A stretch of 63,630 bases of DNA, counting the filler, from Octopus bimaculoides (taxonomy: Eukaryota): the NCBI RefSeq assembly GCF_001194135.2. It is 5 parts of 5 records of this genome, joined end to end, with 100 filler letters (N's around TTAATTAATTAA, not from the genome) between each part and the next. Parts side by side here need not be neighbours in the genome. Positions count along the whole stretch, not along the records: positions 61,331 to 63,630 come from NC_068983.1; 4 more parts are not named here. One strand, written 5' to 3'. A program made the translations under genes and the position numbers. This document shows, in pieces, positions 63,344 through 63,630 of the stretch; within the stretch, counting starts at the first letter, position 1; every line of letters begins with the position of its first letter. The notes under the pieces were generated by a model. The model ran no database searches and was not told the origin of the DNA. It saw only the letters and a program-made list of their open reading frames with translations.

Positions 63344-63630
63344 GCTACTGCTGCTGCTGCTGCTACTGCCACTGCCGTCGTTGCCTTTCTCGGTTTGTGC
63401 AAACTCACATGCTTTAATGCATGTATAAGTCTGCATACACATACACATACAAACATATACACATACACATATACACACATACACACACACATAGGCGCAT
63501 ATACTTTCGTCTGTGTTGTGTGTGCGTATTATGCATGTGTGTGTGTATGCATATATATACATTTACACACATATACTTGCACACATATGCACACACACAA
63601 ATCACACGAATGTATCCCTTTCCCTCCCCT
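61950..63630. repeat. Dense compound microsatellite tract: (GA)n, (TA)n, (TG)n, (GATA)n, (CTA)n/(CTG)n
   Basis: Directly visible. Confidence 0.93.

Overview
Eukaryotic, AT-rich, microsatellite-saturated DNA with about 25 N-gaps (roughly 8 kb). The SINE families and simple-repeat load point to an octopus genome; this is an inference, not a database match. I cannot support any intact protein-coding gene, tRNA, rRNA or CRISPR array. Nearly all ORFs in the supplied track are simple-repeat or gap artefacts, and the few protein-like ones are transposon remnants. Four artificial TTAATTAATTAA linkers, each inside a 100-bp N spacer, split the window into five joined pieces, so long-range order and orientation are uncertain. 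Supported retroelements: more than 30 copies or fragments of tRNA-derived SINEs and one unclassified repeat family, a Penelope-like RT remnant, an RTE LINE remnant and two RLE (R4/Dong-like) LINE families, one of them young. Supported DNA elements: two mariner copies, one maT-like Tc1/mariner, a hAT MITE with perfect TIRs and TSD, two unclassified TIR/foldback elements, two Helentron-type HINEs and Helitron termini. The best leads are SINE module swapping at a shared TGAGTA junction, a minimal hammerhead-like motif in a tandem repeat pair, local dsRNA-forming inverted repeats, and three unique motif-dense islands that look regulatory. None of these is shown to be a new biological system.
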